This document shows positions 44,562 to 54,699 of a stretch of DNA of 64,000 nucleotides, piece after piece. Position 1 is the stretch's first letter, and each line of letters opens with the position of its first letter. The notes beneath the pieces were generated by a model, which saw only the letters and a list, made by a program, of their open reading frames with translations, was not told the origin of the DNA and searched no databases. Position numbers and translations under genes: made by a program. The DNA is from Deltaproteobacteria bacterium (lineage in GTDB: Bacteria; Desulfobacterota; Syntrophia; Syntrophales; JACQWR01): positions 45,344-109,343 of the forward strand of contig JAPLJV010000015.1 in NCBI GenBank assembly GCA_026388415.1, read 5' to 3'.

Positions 44562-46307
44562 TTATTTTAGAGATGGTTTCAATATCTTTCTGCGTGAGGG
44601 ATTCCTCAGTTTCCTCAGGGCGTTAGCTTCTAACTGCCTGTTTCTTGCTATATCTGTCATTTCCAGAGGCTCTGCAAAGGAAAAATCACCTCTCTCGCTG
44701 ATGCCGAAGCGCATCCTCAGCACCTTTTCCTCCCGCGGCGTTAACGTAGAAAGAATCTTTCTCGTCTGCTCGGCCAAATCCATATTGATGGTGGCCTCGG
44801 AGGGGGATATGATTTTTTTATCCTCAATAAAATCACCAAGATGGCTATCTTCCCCTTCACCGATCGGCGTTTCCAGCGAGATAGGCTCTTTGGCAATCTT
44901 TAAAACTTTCCGCACCTTTTCGAGAGGATATTCCATCTTGTTGGCAATCTCTTCCGGGGTGGGTTCTCTCCCCAGCTCCTGAACCAGATAGCGGGAAATG
45001 CGAATCAGCTTGTTGATGGTCTCAATCATGTGGACCGGAATCCTGATAGTCCGGGCCTGATCGGCAATGGCCCTGGTAATGGCCTGCCTGATCCACCAGG
45101 TGGCATAGGTGGAAAACTTATAGCCGCGCTGGTATTCAAATTTATCAACGGCCTTCATCAGACCGATGTTGCCCTCCTGGATCAAATCCAGAAACTGCAA
45201 ACCTCTGCTGGTGTATTTTTTGGCAATGCTGACCACGAGCCGGAGATTGGCCTCGACCAGCTTTCTTTTGGCCGTTTCCGCCTTCTCTTCGCCCAGCTCT
45301 ATCGTAGCCACCACTTTTTTCAGGACGGCATGAGAAAGTCCTGTCTCCTTTTTTATTTCTTTGAGCCTCCGGTCGGCATTTTTAACGATAGTCTCACATT
45401 CTCTGATTTTGGCGGCCGAAACGCCACAGGCGGCAACAATCTGCTTTTCCCGCCCGGGCTGAGCTTTCAAACGCTGCCAGACCTTTTCCATCTCTGTCAG
45501 CGACAGTCCCGTTTCTTTCCGGCACCTGTTGATGGCCGTTTCCATCTTTTCCATGGCCAGGACGTGGTTTTTCAGCAGGCCAACGATCCGGGCGATCTGC
45601 TTTCTGCTGAACTTGACCTTACGGCAATGAGTAACAATACTTTTCCTGTTCTTTTCCACCTTCACTTTCAGAAGGCCTTTTTCCGCCTCGTCAAGTCCCC
45701 TGCCTTTAAGCTTGTTCTTGAATTCGTCATTCTTCCTGTAAAGTTCCGTAACCTTGTCCGTAAGCTTGATGACCCGCTCCATATGCTTATCTTCTTCGAC
45801 GTAACCTTCTTCATCCTCGAGGTTATCCAGCACATTCTTTATCCGCAGCGTCCCTTCCTGCAAGTTTTTCCCGATATTCACGACCTCTCTTATACAAAGG
45901 TCAACGGAAAAAACCGCGTCCAATCCCTCCCGCGCGCCCTCTTCTATCTTCTTGGCAATCTCCACTTCGCCTTCTCTGCTCAGCAGGGAAACAAACCCCA
46001 TCTCACGGAGGTACATTTTGACCGGATCTCCCGTCTTGCCGGCGGTTGACATAAAATCAAGCGCTTCCTCCCCCTTGACATACCCCACCTCATCCACCGC
46101 TTTCTTGACCACTAATTTTTCACCCTTATCGGTATCAATGATATCAATATTTTTTTCACCAAAAAGCATAATTATATCATCTATTTGATCAGAAGATACG
46201 ATATCCGTCGGCAGCAGGTCGTTCACATCATCATAGGTCAGAAAACCCTTCTCCTCGCCCAGAGAAATAAGCTTCTTGAATTCTTCCGATTGCGGTTCTT
46301 TTGCCAT
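44562..46307 (-). CDS. rpoD: Primary sigma factor RpoD (sigma70) with an atypical region 4.2
   Basis: Motifs [29 protein letters not shown] and [10 protein letters not shown] prefer the ATG at 46307 ([10 protein letters not shown].., GGGGGA SD) over the longest ORF start at 46442, which overlaps dnaG. Confidence 0.9.
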   Translation of the reverse strand: MAKEPQSEEFKKLISLGEEKGFLTYDDVNDLLPTDIVSSDQIDDIIMLFGEKNIDIIDTDKGEKLVVKKAVDEVGYVKGEEALDFMSTAGKTGDPVKMYLREMGFVSLLSREGEVEIAKKIEEGAREGLDAVFSVDLCIREVVNIGKNLQEGTLRIKNVLDNLEDEEGYVEEDKHMERVIKLTDKVTELYRKNDEFKNKLKGRGLDEAEKGLLKVKVEKNRKSIVTHCRKVKFSRKQIARIVGLLKNHVLAMEKMETAINRCRKETGLSLTEMEKVWQRLKAQPGREKQIVAACGVSAAKIRECETIVKNADRRLKEIKKETGLSHAVLKKVVATIELGEEKAETAKRKLVEANLRLVVSIAKKYTSRGLQFLDLIQEGNIGLMKAVDKFEYQRGYKFSTYATWWIRQAITRAIADQARTIRIPVHMIETINKLIRISRYLVQELGREPTPEEIANKMEYPLEKVRKVLKIAKEPISLETPIGEGEDSHLGDFIEDKKIISPSEATINMDLAEQTRKILSTLTPREEKVLRMRFGISERGDFSFAEPLEMTDIARNRQLEANALRKLRNPSRRKILKPSLK

Positions 46308-46377
46308 GTAGGTTTCCCCCTGTTTGTTTTTTACTTTTATTGCCATAAGTCGTAACCCCGCTAACTTGCTAACGCCG

Positions 46378-48168
46378 TTATAGTTGTTTTTCTTCCTGCA
46401 TGAGCTTTTCTTTTTCCCGCAAGAGGCGGTTTTGCCAATCACTATCGCGTTGTTCCTGGGCTTTTTTCAGCTCCAGGCTCAGATTCTTCTTCCTGCCCCC
46501 ATACCACTTGCGTTTTACCTTTTTTATATTATCGGTAACGTAGCGTTCCCACACCTTTTCATCATCGGTCCGCCCCTCAAGCATAGACTTGAAGATTAGT
46601 TGCTTCAGGGGACCGTTGGGAAGGCCATCCAGAAAAAGAGAGGTCGTGAGGTTTTCTGAGCTGTTTTCCCTGCTTCTTGCGATCATCTGCTCCCCCAGAC
46701 TCTTCAATTCACCAGCGGTGAAGCATTCCATTACCCCGCTTTCTCCCACCTGCGGAATACTTGCCGTATGCTGCAGCATGAAAAGGATGAGGCTTAACTC
46801 TACCTTATCCAGGACACTTGATGTCTTTTCCCTGACGCGGCCCGGCGGCTCGGAAGACGGCTCCCGGGTCCGGAGGGCTTCTTTCTTCAGCACCTCCTGA
46901 TCTATGCCTGATTTCTCGGAAATTCTCTTTAAAAAAAGATTCCGTTCAATGGCATCACCAAAACCGGCAACGAAGTGCAAGGCCTCTCGCACGGCATCCC
47001 GTTTTTCCTCTAAAGAAACTTTTTCTCCCACCAAGTGATCAATATAGTAATCAATGACGGAAGGGGCCTCCTCGATTATCTGCTCCAGCTTTTCTCTCCC
47101 GAACTGCCTCACATAATCGTCGGGATCATATTTCTCCGGCAACACTACCGCCCTGGCATGAACTCCTCCGGACAGGAATAATTGCACGCTCCGCTGCAGT
47201 GCCTTCCGGCCCGCTTCATCCGCATCAAAAAGGACCGCCACGTTACCCGTGTAACGTCTCAGGAGCTCAACCTGCTCCGCTGTCAGCGCCGTGCCCATAC
47301 TGGCCAGCACGTTGGTCAGACCCGCGTTCCAGAGGGAAATTAGATCGAAGTAACCTTCCACGAGGATGGCATAGCCGCTTTTGCGGATGCCGTCTTTGGC
47401 TCTCATTAAACCGTAGAGGTTTCTACCCTTGCTGAATACCGGCGTCTCCGGGGAATTAAGATATTTGGGCTCCCCGCTCGCGATTATTCGGCCGCCGAAG
47501 GCCATCACGCGGCCGCCGGCATCCTCGATGGGAAAAATCAGGCGCCCGCGGAAACGATCATAGTAAGCCCCCTCCCCGGCCTCGGCGTCTTCCTCTTTCG
47601 CGACGATCAGCCCGGCCTGGGCAACCATCGGCAGGGCAACATTTTTTTGCTCAAAATAGCTTTTCAGCGTTCGCCAACCCTCGTCGGCGTAACCCAGGCG
47701 AAATTCCCTGACGACATCCTCCCGGATGCCCCTCTTTTTCAGATATTCTCTTGCCGGCAGGCCAGTCTCAGAAAAAAGGCGACTCGTAAATAATTTTGCC
47801 GCCGCCTCATTGATGCGATAGATTTGCTCGCGGATGCCGTATTGCTCCCTTTCCTGATCGTTCAGCACCGGGTCAGGGATAATGACCCCCGTCTTTTTGG
47901 CCAGATGCCTGGCCGCCTCCGGAAAAGTCATATTGCTTACCTTCATCAGGAAGGTAAGCGCATGCCCTCCCTCTCCGCAACCGAAACAATAGAACATCTG
48001 TTTATCACGGCTAACCGTGAAGGAAGGCGTTTTTTCCTTGTGGAAGGGGCAGAGGCCGAGGAAATTTCTGCCCGCCTTTTTCAGGGTCACATATTCCGAT
48101 ACGAGCTGAACAATATCAGCGCGTTGCTTTATTTCTTCAATCTTGTCGGCGGGAATGTGACCTTTCAC
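46378..48168 (-). CDS. dnaG: DNA primase
   Basis: Zinc finger [26 protein letters not shown] and TOPRIM motif [11 protein letters not shown]. From the GTG at 48168, the N-terminus [20 protein letters not shown] matches the canonical DnaG start. That GTG lies inside repeat copy D. Confidence 0.92.
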   Translation of the reverse strand: MKGHIPADKIEEIKQRADIVQLVSEYVTLKKAGRNFLGLCPFHKEKTPSFTVSRDKQMFYCFGCGEGGHALTFLMKVSNMTFPEAARHLAKKTGVIIPDPVLNDQEREQYGIREQIYRINEAAAKLFTSRLFSETGLPAREYLKKRGIREDVVREFRLGYADEGWRTLKSYFEQKNVALPMVAQAGLIVAKEEDAEAGEGAYYDRFRGRLIFPIEDAGGRVMAFGGRIIASGEPKYLNSPETPVFSKGRNLYGLMRAKDGIRKSGYAILVEGYFDLISLWNAGLTNVLASMGTALTAEQVELLRRYTGNVAVLFDADEAGRKALQRSVQLFLSGGVHARAVVLPEKYDPDDYVRQFGREKLEQIIEEAPSVIDYYIDHLVGEKVSLEEKRDAVREALHFVAGFGDAIERNLFLKRISEKSGIDQEVLKKEALRTREPSSEPPGRVREKTSSVLDKVELSLILFMLQHTASIPQVGESGVMECFTAGELKSLGEQMIARSRENSSENLTTSLFLDGLPNGPLKQLIFKSMLEGRTDDEKVWERYVTDNIKKVKRKWYGGRKKNLSLELKKAQEQRDSDWQNRLLREKEKLMQEEKQL

Positions 48169-48334
48169 CTGAAAATGCACCTCAAATCCCCCTTCATCCC
48201 CCTTTGCTAAAGGGGGAATTTATGGTTTCACCCCTTTGCTAAAGGGGGAAATTATGATTCCACTCTTTGTCAAAGAGGCAACCTTCTACTTCCCCTCTTT
48301 GCCAAAGAGGGGTTAGGGGAGATTTTCATTGTCC
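48163..48334 (-). repeat. Modular multi-hairpin intergenic repeat, copy D (4 hairpin modules)
   Basis: TTTCACCTGAAAATGCACCTCAAATCCCCCTTCATCCCCC, then the hairpins CCCCCTTTGCTAAAGGGGG, CCCCTTTGCTAAAGGGG, a degenerate CACTCTTTGTCAAAGAGG and CCCCTCTTTGCCAAAGAGGGG, then TTAGGGGAGATTTTCATTGTCC. Confidence 0.9.
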
Positions 48335-48366
48335 GCAGAAAATAATTCCTAACTCACTAATGCGCA

Positions 48367-48711
48367 TCAGCCCGGATTGCATCCCGGTTTTTTCCCGCCC
48401 AGGACGTGCAGATGGAGATGGAAAACCACCTGTCCGCCTTCCAGATTACAGTTCAGCATCACCCGGAAACCTCTCTCGTCAATACCCTTGAGCTTGGCAA
48501 TCTTGGGCACCGCCGCCATCATGGCGTGCAAGTATTCAATTTGACTATCATTGACATCCATCAGGGTCGGGATGTGCTGTTTGGGAATAACAACCACATG
48601 CACTGGCGCCGCCGGTTTTATATCGTCGAACGCCAGCACCAGGTCGTCTTCATATACCTTGCTGCCCGGTATCTCGCCTCTGATGATCTTGCAGAATATG
48701 CAATCATCCAT
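48367..48711 (-). CDS. HIT-family (histidine triad) nucleotide hydrolase
   Basis: Starts MDDCIFCKIIRGEIP and carries HLHLHVLGG. I prefer the ATG at 48711, which overlaps the hisA stop by 8 nt. Confidence 0.88.
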   Translation of the reverse strand: MDDCIFCKIIRGEIPGSKVYEDDLVLAFDDIKPAAPVHVVVIPKQHIPTLMDVNDSQIEYLHAMMAAVPKIAKLKGIDERGFRVMLNCNLEGGQVVFHLHLHVLGGKKPGCNPG

Positions 48712-49441
48712 TTTCTCCTCCCTTTGCCGCCCGGAGAGCCTCTGCCAGCGACAGGGCGCCGGAATACAGTGCCTTGCCGACAATGACGCCGGCCACACCG
48801 AATTTTTCGATATCCATAAGCCCGGTGATATCTGCCGCCCCCGCAACCCCGCCCGAAGCGATCACGGGAATATCAACTGCCTGAGCCAGCGCCCGGGTGG
48901 CCTCGATATTGACGCCGGTACCCACGCCATCTCTCTTGATATCCGTATAAATGATGGCGGCCAGGCCCGCATCGGCATATCTTTGGGCCAACGACACGGG
49001 GGAAGCGGAGGTATTTTCCGTCCACCCCTGCACGGCAACCTTGCCGTCGCCCGCATCAATACCGAGGATGATCCGGCCCTCGTAAGCACGGCAGACTTCC
49101 CGCACGAAAGGCTCATCCCGCAAGGCCGCCGTCCCCAGAATAACCCAACTGAGCCCCATGGTCAGGTAAGCCTCTATGGTCTCACGGCTTCTAATACCGC
49201 CGCCCACCTGCACGGGAATAGAAACTGCCCGCAGAATGCCGTTAATCTGGTCTCTGTTTTTCGGCGCTCCGGCCAGGGAGCCATCGAGGTCAACGAGATG
49301 CAGGCGCTTGGCCCCCTGTTCCTGCCAGTTAACGGCCATCGCCACGGGGTCGTCGGCATAAACGGTAACGCGGGCAAAATCGCCCTGTACCAGGCGCACA
49401 CACTTGCCGTCTTTCAAATCAATTGCCGGAATGACGATCAT
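48704..49441 (-). CDS. hisA: ProFAR isomerase HisA
   Basis: Starts MIVIPAIDLKDGKCVRL, with VQVGGGIR and VIASGGV. 245 aa. Confidence 0.9.
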   Translation of the reverse strand: MIVIPAIDLKDGKCVRLVQGDFARVTVYADDPVAMAVNWQEQGAKRLHLVDLDGSLAGAPKNRDQINGILRAVSIPVQVGGGIRSRETIEAYLTMGLSWVILGTAALRDEPFVREVCRAYEGRIILGIDAGDGKVAVQGWTENTSASPVSLAQRYADAGLAAIIYTDIKRDGVGTGVNIEATRALAQAVDIPVIASGGVAGAADITGLMDIEKFGVAGVIVGKALYSGALSLAEALRAAKGGENG

Positions 49442-49462
49442 CGGTCAATGCCTCAGAATTTA

Positions 49463-50143
49463 TCAATTTATTCCCGGAAAGGTTTTCAGGATCTCAGTCA
49501 GGCCATCCTCCGCAAGTTCCTTCGCCGTCACCCATTTCCCACCCCGGCTGAAGAAGGAGGACGCCTGCAAAATATTCTCCATGAGCGAACGTTGCGTCTT
49601 GTCAAAGGCGCCGCGCCAGACGATTACGCCATCCTGGACTCTGACCAGATGCAGATCAAAGGCGACCGAAGCCGGTTTCTCGACAGAATAAGGATAGCCT
49701 TTCCGCTCCCGGTAGCGGAAAACATAGCCGACCAGAATCGCATCCACATTCAATCCCTTGCCCGTCTTCTGCAGGATTTCCGCCAGAGACGCAGGGCTGG
49801 AAGCCGCGGTACGCGCATAAACCTCAGCGGTCTTATCGGGTTCAATAACGGTAATTTGCTTGTATTCCCTGAGGCTTGTCAGAACCATGTCGAAAACCAC
49901 CTTCTCGGCCGCAGGCGCCAGTTTCTCAGTCTGGAATATCGCCCCGCACAGGGGGCAGGATACCATTCTGACAGCCGGATCTTCAGGTGCGAGGTCCTGA
50001 AAAGGCAGGACGGCCAGGCGGGATAGAGTGATTTGCCCAACCGGCAGTCCGCTGGTATAGATGCCTTGCGTAGCCTGGCAGCCAAAGACCACCGGCAGGA
50101 AAAAGGATAAAACGGCAAGGGAGAAAATCCGGTGGGAAAACAA
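49463..50143 (-). CDS. Hypothetical lipoprotein (LpoB/CsgG-like fold suspected)
   Basis: Signal peptide with VVFGC lipobox. Pattern LAVLPFQDL...DAILVGYVF...FDLHLVRVQDG. It lies between hisB and hisA. Confidence 0.6.
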   Translation of the reverse strand: MFSHRIFSLAVLSFFLPVVFGCQATQGIYTSGLPVGQITLSRLAVLPFQDLAPEDPAVRMVSCPLCGAIFQTEKLAPAAEKVVFDMVLTSLREYKQITVIEPDKTAEVYARTAASSPASLAEILQKTGKGLNVDAILVGYVFRYRERKGYPYSVEKPASVAFDLHLVRVQDGVIVWRGAFDKTQRSLMENILQASSFFSRGGKWVTAKELAEDGLTEILKTFPGIN

Positions 50144-50177
50144 TATTATATCCCCTTCATGGCTTATGTTTCACATC

Positions 50178-50765
50178 TCAAAGCACACCCTTGGTGGACA
50201 ACACACCCCTCACGGCGCCGTCAATCTTAACCGCATTTTTAAGCGCGTGCGCCAGGGCTTTAAAAATCGCCTCCGCGATGTGATGGCTATTCATACCGTA
50301 GAGTAGGTTGATATGCAAGTTCATACCGCTATGGTCGGAAAAAGCTTTAAAGAATTCCCTGAGCAGCGCCGGGTCAAAACTCCCGATTGGCTTCGTCTCA
50401 AACTCTACGTTATAAACAAGATAGGGCCGGCCGGAAATATCCAAAGTCACCGTGCAGAGGCATTCGTCCATGGGCACCGTGGCCTCCCCGTAACGGGCAA
50501 TGCCTTCTTTGTTTCCCAGCGCCTTCCGGAGGGCCTCTCCCAGGCAAATCCCCAGATCCTCCGCCAGATGGTGATCGTCAACTTCCGTATCACCGGCGCT
50601 TTTAACTTGCAGATCAAAAAAACCATGCCTGGCCAAAAGCAATAGCATGTGATCGAGGAAAGGGATGGTCGTTCCGATTTGACCCTGCCCCTGACCATCC
50701 AGATCAATAACCACGGAGACATCCGTTTCCGTGGTCTTCCGCTCAATTTTTGCGCTGCGCCCCAT
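50178..50765 (-). CDS. hisB: Imidazoleglycerol-phosphate dehydratase
   Basis: Motifs RKTTETDVSV, IPFLDHML and DDHHLAEDLGI. 195 aa. Confidence 0.92.
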   Translation of the reverse strand: MGRSAKIERKTTETDVSVVIDLDGQGQGQIGTTIPFLDHMLLLLARHGFFDLQVKSAGDTEVDDHHLAEDLGICLGEALRKALGNKEGIARYGEATVPMDECLCTVTLDISGRPYLVYNVEFETKPIGSFDPALLREFFKAFSDHSGMNLHINLLYGMNSHHIAEAIFKALAHALKNAVKIDGAVRGVLSTKGVL

Positions 50766-50787
50766 GTCCAGCCCTCCCGTTATGGCC

Positions 50788-51660
50788 TCAGATGACCTTG
50801 TTCAAGGCATATTCGATGATTCCCTCGGCCCCGGCTTCCTGCAGTGCCGGGATTAAATCTCTCACCATGCTGCTGCTGACAACCGTTTCCACGGCAAACC
50901 ACTCCTCGGAATACAATCCCGAGATGGTGGGCGCCTTCAAGGAAGGAAGCATCCCTGTCACAACACTGAGCTTCTCCCTGGAGACATTCATTTTAAGTCC
51001 CACCTTGCCCATCGCCTGGAGCGAACCGTTGAGAAGAACCTTTATCTGCTCAATTTTTTTCCTTTTCCAGGAATCTTTCCATGCCTCATGGTTGGCAATC
51101 AACTGGGTGTTGGTGCGCATCAGTTCATGAACGATGCGCAATTTATTCGCCCGGATCGTCGTACCCGTTTCCGTCACCTCCACGATGGCGTCCACCAGAC
51201 CCTCGACTACCTTGGCCTCCGTGGCGCCCCAGGAAAACTCTACATGGACATTGATATGGCGCTCGGCAAAATATTTCCTGGTAAAATTCACGAGTTCAGT
51301 TGATATATGCTTGCCCTCCATGTCGGCAACGGCCCTGATGGGGGAATCCTCCTGCACTACCAGCACCCACCTGGCCTCCTTGGGAGACGTTTTGGAATAC
51401 ACGAGGTCCTGAACCACCTGAACGTCCGATTCATTCTCCATGATCCAGTCCTTGCCCGTGAGCCCCAGATCCAGGTTTCCATCGGCCACATAGCGGGACA
51501 TTTCCTGCGCCCGGACGAGGGAGCAGGAAATGTCATCGTCATTAATATCAGGGGAATAGCTACGATCATCGTAGGTAATGCGCCAGCCGGCCCGCTTGAA
51601 AAGATCAATCGTATTTGCTTCCAGGCTGCCCTTGGGTATGCCCAGTTTCAGCTTGCTCAT
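50788..51660 (-). CDS. hisG: ATP phosphoribosyltransferase (long form)
   Basis: Starts [10 protein letters not shown], with [13 protein letters not shown], plus a C-terminal regulatory domain. 290 aa. Overlaps hisI by ATGA. Confidence 0.9.
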   Translation of the reverse strand: MSKLKLGIPKGSLEANTIDLFKRAGWRITYDDRSYSPDINDDDISCSLVRAQEMSRYVADGNLDLGLTGKDWIMENESDVQVVQDLVYSKTSPKEARWVLVVQEDSPIRAVADMEGKHISTELVNFTRKYFAERHINVHVEFSWGATEAKVVEGLVDAIVEVTETGTTIRANKLRIVHELMRTNTQLIANHEAWKDSWKRKKIEQIKVLLNGSLQAMGKVGLKMNVSREKLSVVTGMLPSLKAPTISGLYSEEWFAVETVVSSSMVRDLIPALQEAGAEGIIEYALNKVI

Positions 51661-52031
51661 TTATAAACTTCCTCCGGATTGAATATTCTTTCTTCCTTAA
51701 TCTCCACTTCCCCATCCGTCAACTGCCGGTAAAAACAGGACCGATAGCCGGTGTGACAGGCCGCACCGCCCACCTGATCCACTTTCAAAAGCACCGTATC
51801 TTCGTCGCAATCAATGTAAATTTCCTGGACATGCTGAACGTGACCGGAAGATTCGCCCTTGAGCCAAAGTGCTTTCCTGGATCTGCTCCAATAGGTAGCC
51901 TTGCCGGTAGCCAGGGTAGCAAGCCAGGACTCGCGATTCATATAAGCCAGCATCAGCACCTCGCTGGTGCGGCAGTCCTGGGCAATAACCGGCACCAACC
52001 CGTCGCCCTTCGCAAAATTCGGTTCCAACAT
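51657..52031 (-). CDS. hisI: Phosphoribosyl-AMP cyclohydrolase
   Basis: Motifs [26 protein letters not shown] and [22 protein letters not shown]. Confidence 0.92.
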   Translation of the reverse strand: MLEPNFAKGDGLVPVIAQDCRTSEVLMLAYMNRESWLATLATGKATYWSRSRKALWLKGESSGHVQHVQEIYIDCDEDTVLLKVDQVGGAACHTGYRSCFYRQLTDGEVEIKEERIFNPEEVYK

Positions 52032-52040
52032 CTTGATCCC

Positions 52041-52211
52041 TTAACCTGAAAATGTCTTCAAATCCCCCTCAATCCCCCTTTGCTAAAGGGGGAAGTAAGT
52101 TTGTGCCCCTTTGCTAAAGGGGGGCTCTACTATTCCCCCTCTTTGGCAAAGAGGGGTTAGGGGAGATTTTTATTGTCCCTTGTGACGGCGTGCCGTCATA
52201 AGAGTTTCACC
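52041..52211 (-). repeat. Modular multi-hairpin intergenic repeat, copy E (with right-hand extension)
   Basis: TTAACCTGAAAATGTCTTCAAATCCCCCTCAATCCCCC, then three hairpins, then TTAGGGGAGATTTTTATTGTCCCTTGTGACGGCGTGCCGTCATAAGAGTTTCACC. The extension is shared with copy A and, more weakly, with copy B. Confidence 0.85.
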
Positions 52212-52274
52212 AATTAATGCTAAGTGTTGAATGCTAAATTAAGAACCCGAATTTATCAAGGATTATTTTTCGAT

Positions 52275-52694
52275 TTAGAGAAATGGCAGCGGTTTTTCCA
52301 TCCGATAGACAAGCGCCTGACAGGTGGCGATAAACTTGCCACTGTCTTCGGTCACCTTTATCTCGTACAGAGCGGTCTTTTTGGTCCGGTTTATTTCCCT
52401 GGCTTCCGCCGTCAAGGTTGCCCCCAGGGTGGGGGAGGACAGATAGCTGATGTTCATGTTCAGGGCCACGGCAATTGTGCCGTGGGAATTTCCTGCCGTT
52501 TCAAAGGCCTCGTCAATCAGCGCAAACACCGCTCCGCCATGGGCCTTGCCGAAGATGTTTTCCATCTCCGGCGTAAACACCATGGAAACTTTGGAATATC
52601 CGTCCTCCAAACCGATCAACTGCAGGTTGAATTTCCGGGCAAAAGGTTCTTGTTCCACCTGTTTGAAGATTGCCGCCCTGACCTTGTCGTCCAT
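52275..52694 (-). CDS. PaaI/hotdog-fold thioesterase
   Basis: Motif GKAHGGAVFALIDEAF. I prefer the ATG at 52694 (AGGAG SD) over the longest ORF start at 52733, which would run through a terminator hairpin. Confidence 0.8.
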   Translation of the reverse strand: MDDKVRAAIFKQVEQEPFARKFNLQLIGLEDGYSKVSMVFTPEMENIFGKAHGGAVFALIDEAFETAGNSHGTIAVALNMNISYLSSPTLGATLTAEAREINRTKKTALYEIKVTEDSGKFIATCQALVYRMEKPLPFL

Positions 52695-52718
52695 GATGCA
52701 AACTCCTATAAAATTAAA

Positions 52719-52746
52719 AGGGCTCCCCGGCAACGGGAAGCCCTTG
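52719..52746 (-). terminator. Hairpin/terminator after dctM
   Basis: Gene-sense AAGGGCTTCCCG-TTGC-CGGGGAGCCCTT followed by TTAATTTTAT. Confidence 0.5.
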
Positions 52747-52766
52747 AATTGTTTACAGAGGCGTTT

Positions 52767-54068
52767 TCAGGGCATCAACCAGTTCGGCAGCAACGTGACA
52801 ATGCCCGGGAACAGATAAACACAAACGGCGCCAACAACCAAGCTGAGCAAGAATGGGTACACGCCCGAATAGACGACTCCGAGCGGCGTCTTGGAGATTT
52901 TGCTGACGACAAAAACGACCGTGGCGACCGGCGGAATGACAATACCCACCATAATGGTGATGCAAATCAGTATCCCGAACCAGAGCGGATCATAACCCAG
53001 ACGGAGAATGGCCGGGTAGAAGATCGGCGTAGCGAGGATCATGAAAGCCAGGTCGTCAATAAAAGACCCGCCGACAAGATAAATCACAGAGATGAGGAGA
53101 ATGGTACCCCAGGTGGGTAAGCCCAGACCAACGAGCCAGTCTGCGGTGATCATGGGAATCTTGGTAACGGCAATAAAATGGCCCAAAATCGTGGAGCCGA
53201 GCAGGAGGGTTAGAACCATGACGGCCGTGCCGATAGAATCCGACGCGGAGGTGAAGTATCCTTTAATATTAATTTCTCTTTTTGCAAAGCAAAGTATTAA
53301 AACCAGGAAGGTACCGACGCTGCCGGCTTCGGTAGGGGTAAAAAAGCCATAAAGAATCCCCCCGATCATCAGAACAAAGACAACCGCGACATATATGACA
53401 TCCGGTAGCGATCTGAAGCGCTCGCCCCAGGTATATTTTTCACTGGACGGGCCGATATTCGGATTTATTTTACACCAGATGTAAATAACACCTACAAAGA
53501 GAAAGGCAATGAGCAAGCCCGGAAGGATGCCCGCCAGAAAGAGCCGGCCGATGGACACATCCGTGATGATACCGTAGATAATCAGGGTAACGCTCGGCGG
53601 CAGGATGATGCCGAGGGTGCCGACGGTCGCGACAATGCCCGTGGAAAGCTTCCGGCCATATCCATAGCGGTCCATTTCCGGGATGGCCACGGAGGAAAAG
53701 GTCGCCGCCGTAGCGGGCGAGGAACCGCAGATAGCCTTAAAAGCCGTAGCGCCGACCACCGTGGACATGGCCAGGCCTCCCGGGATGTGGCCGACAAATT
53801 TATGGGCCGAGTCAAAAAGCCTTTTGGCAACACCGGAGTTGTATGCCACCTGGCCCATGAGGACAAAGAGGGGGATGACGGTGAAGCTATAGGAGCTGAA
53901 AACGTTATAAACGTCTTTAGCGAGCAGATTGAGGGCCGCAGGCCAGGAGGTAAGGTAACCGAAGCCCAGGAAACCTACGGCAATCATGGCAAAGGCCAGC
54001 TCGATGCCGGTCAGAAACATGACAAGAATAGTCACCATCCCTAAAATACCAATTGTTACTTCACTCAT
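52767..54068 (-). CDS. dctM: TRAP transporter large permease
   Basis: About 433 aa, polytopic. The ATG at 54068 overlaps the dctQ stop. It follows dctP and dctQ in order. Confidence 0.88.
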   Translation of the reverse strand: MSEVTIGILGMVTILVMFLTGIELAFAMIAVGFLGFGYLTSWPAALNLLAKDVYNVFSSYSFTVIPLFVLMGQVAYNSGVAKRLFDSAHKFVGHIPGGLAMSTVVGATAFKAICGSSPATAATFSSVAIPEMDRYGYGRKLSTGIVATVGTLGIILPPSVTLIIYGIITDVSIGRLFLAGILPGLLIAFLFVGVIYIWCKINPNIGPSSEKYTWGERFRSLPDVIYVAVVFVLMIGGILYGFFTPTEAGSVGTFLVLILCFAKREINIKGYFTSASDSIGTAVMVLTLLLGSTILGHFIAVTKIPMITADWLVGLGLPTWGTILLISVIYLVGGSFIDDLAFMILATPIFYPAILRLGYDPLWFGILICITIMVGIVIPPVATVVFVVSKISKTPLGVVYSGVYPFLLSLVVGAVCVYLFPGIVTLLPNWLMP

Positions 54069-54543
54069 ATTTGCCTCCCATGACCTTGACGATGTCGGTG
54101 AAGAGCACAAGAACCTCAATAAAGCAGGCAAAGCCCATGGCAAATACGACCGGGTAGAACGGAAGCTGCGTGGTGGGACTCACCTCGCCGGATATGACGA
54201 GATCTGTCGCAAAACGGAACAGGTTGTAGCCGATGAGGACAAATATGGCGATGCTGATAACCCGGGTCAGAATGTTCATGGTGTTTTTTGCCCAGCCCGG
54301 GAATGTGTTGACAAAGAAATCAACAAAGATCAGACCCCTTTTCCAAGAGGTAAACGGAATACCGAAGGTGATCACCACCGCGCCTGCCAATTGAACAATC
54401 TCGAATGTCCCGATGATGGGATGTCTAAAAATCCTCAGGATAACATCCGTAACGGTCAGCAGCATAATAAAGGTCAAGGCGGCATAAGCGATGACATTCA
54501 TCAATCTGCTGATTTTTTCTGTAAACCAAAGAACGCCGGTCAT
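54061..54543 (-). CDS. dctQ: TRAP transporter small permease
   Basis: 160 aa with 4 TM helices, lying between dctP and dctM. Confidence 0.85.
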   Translation of the reverse strand: MTGVLWFTEKISRLMNVIAYAALTFIMLLTVTDVILRIFRHPIIGTFEIVQLAGAVVITFGIPFTSWKRGLIFVDFFVNTFPGWAKNTMNILTRVISIAIFVLIGYNLFRFATDLVISGEVSPTTQLPFYPVVFAMGFACFIEVLVLFTDIVKVMGGKYE

Positions 54544-54699
54544 AACACCTCCTGAATTTAAGGCTCTACAGGCATAATCGTTTAACCTGAACCGTAATCG
54601 CGCGGCCCCGCATTTCCATAGGATTTGGTGGGAATGAAGGGGGGCACCGTGCCCCCCCTCATCTGTCTATCCTTTGGACATTATGTATGTTCCAGTCTT

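Noticed and set aside
45030-46049. 339-aa plus-strand ORF inside rpoD, and the 491-aa ORF at 48551..50026 across HIT/hisA/lipoprotein
   Set aside because: Both are antisense to genes with strong family motifs. The second would have to span three independent minus-strand genes.
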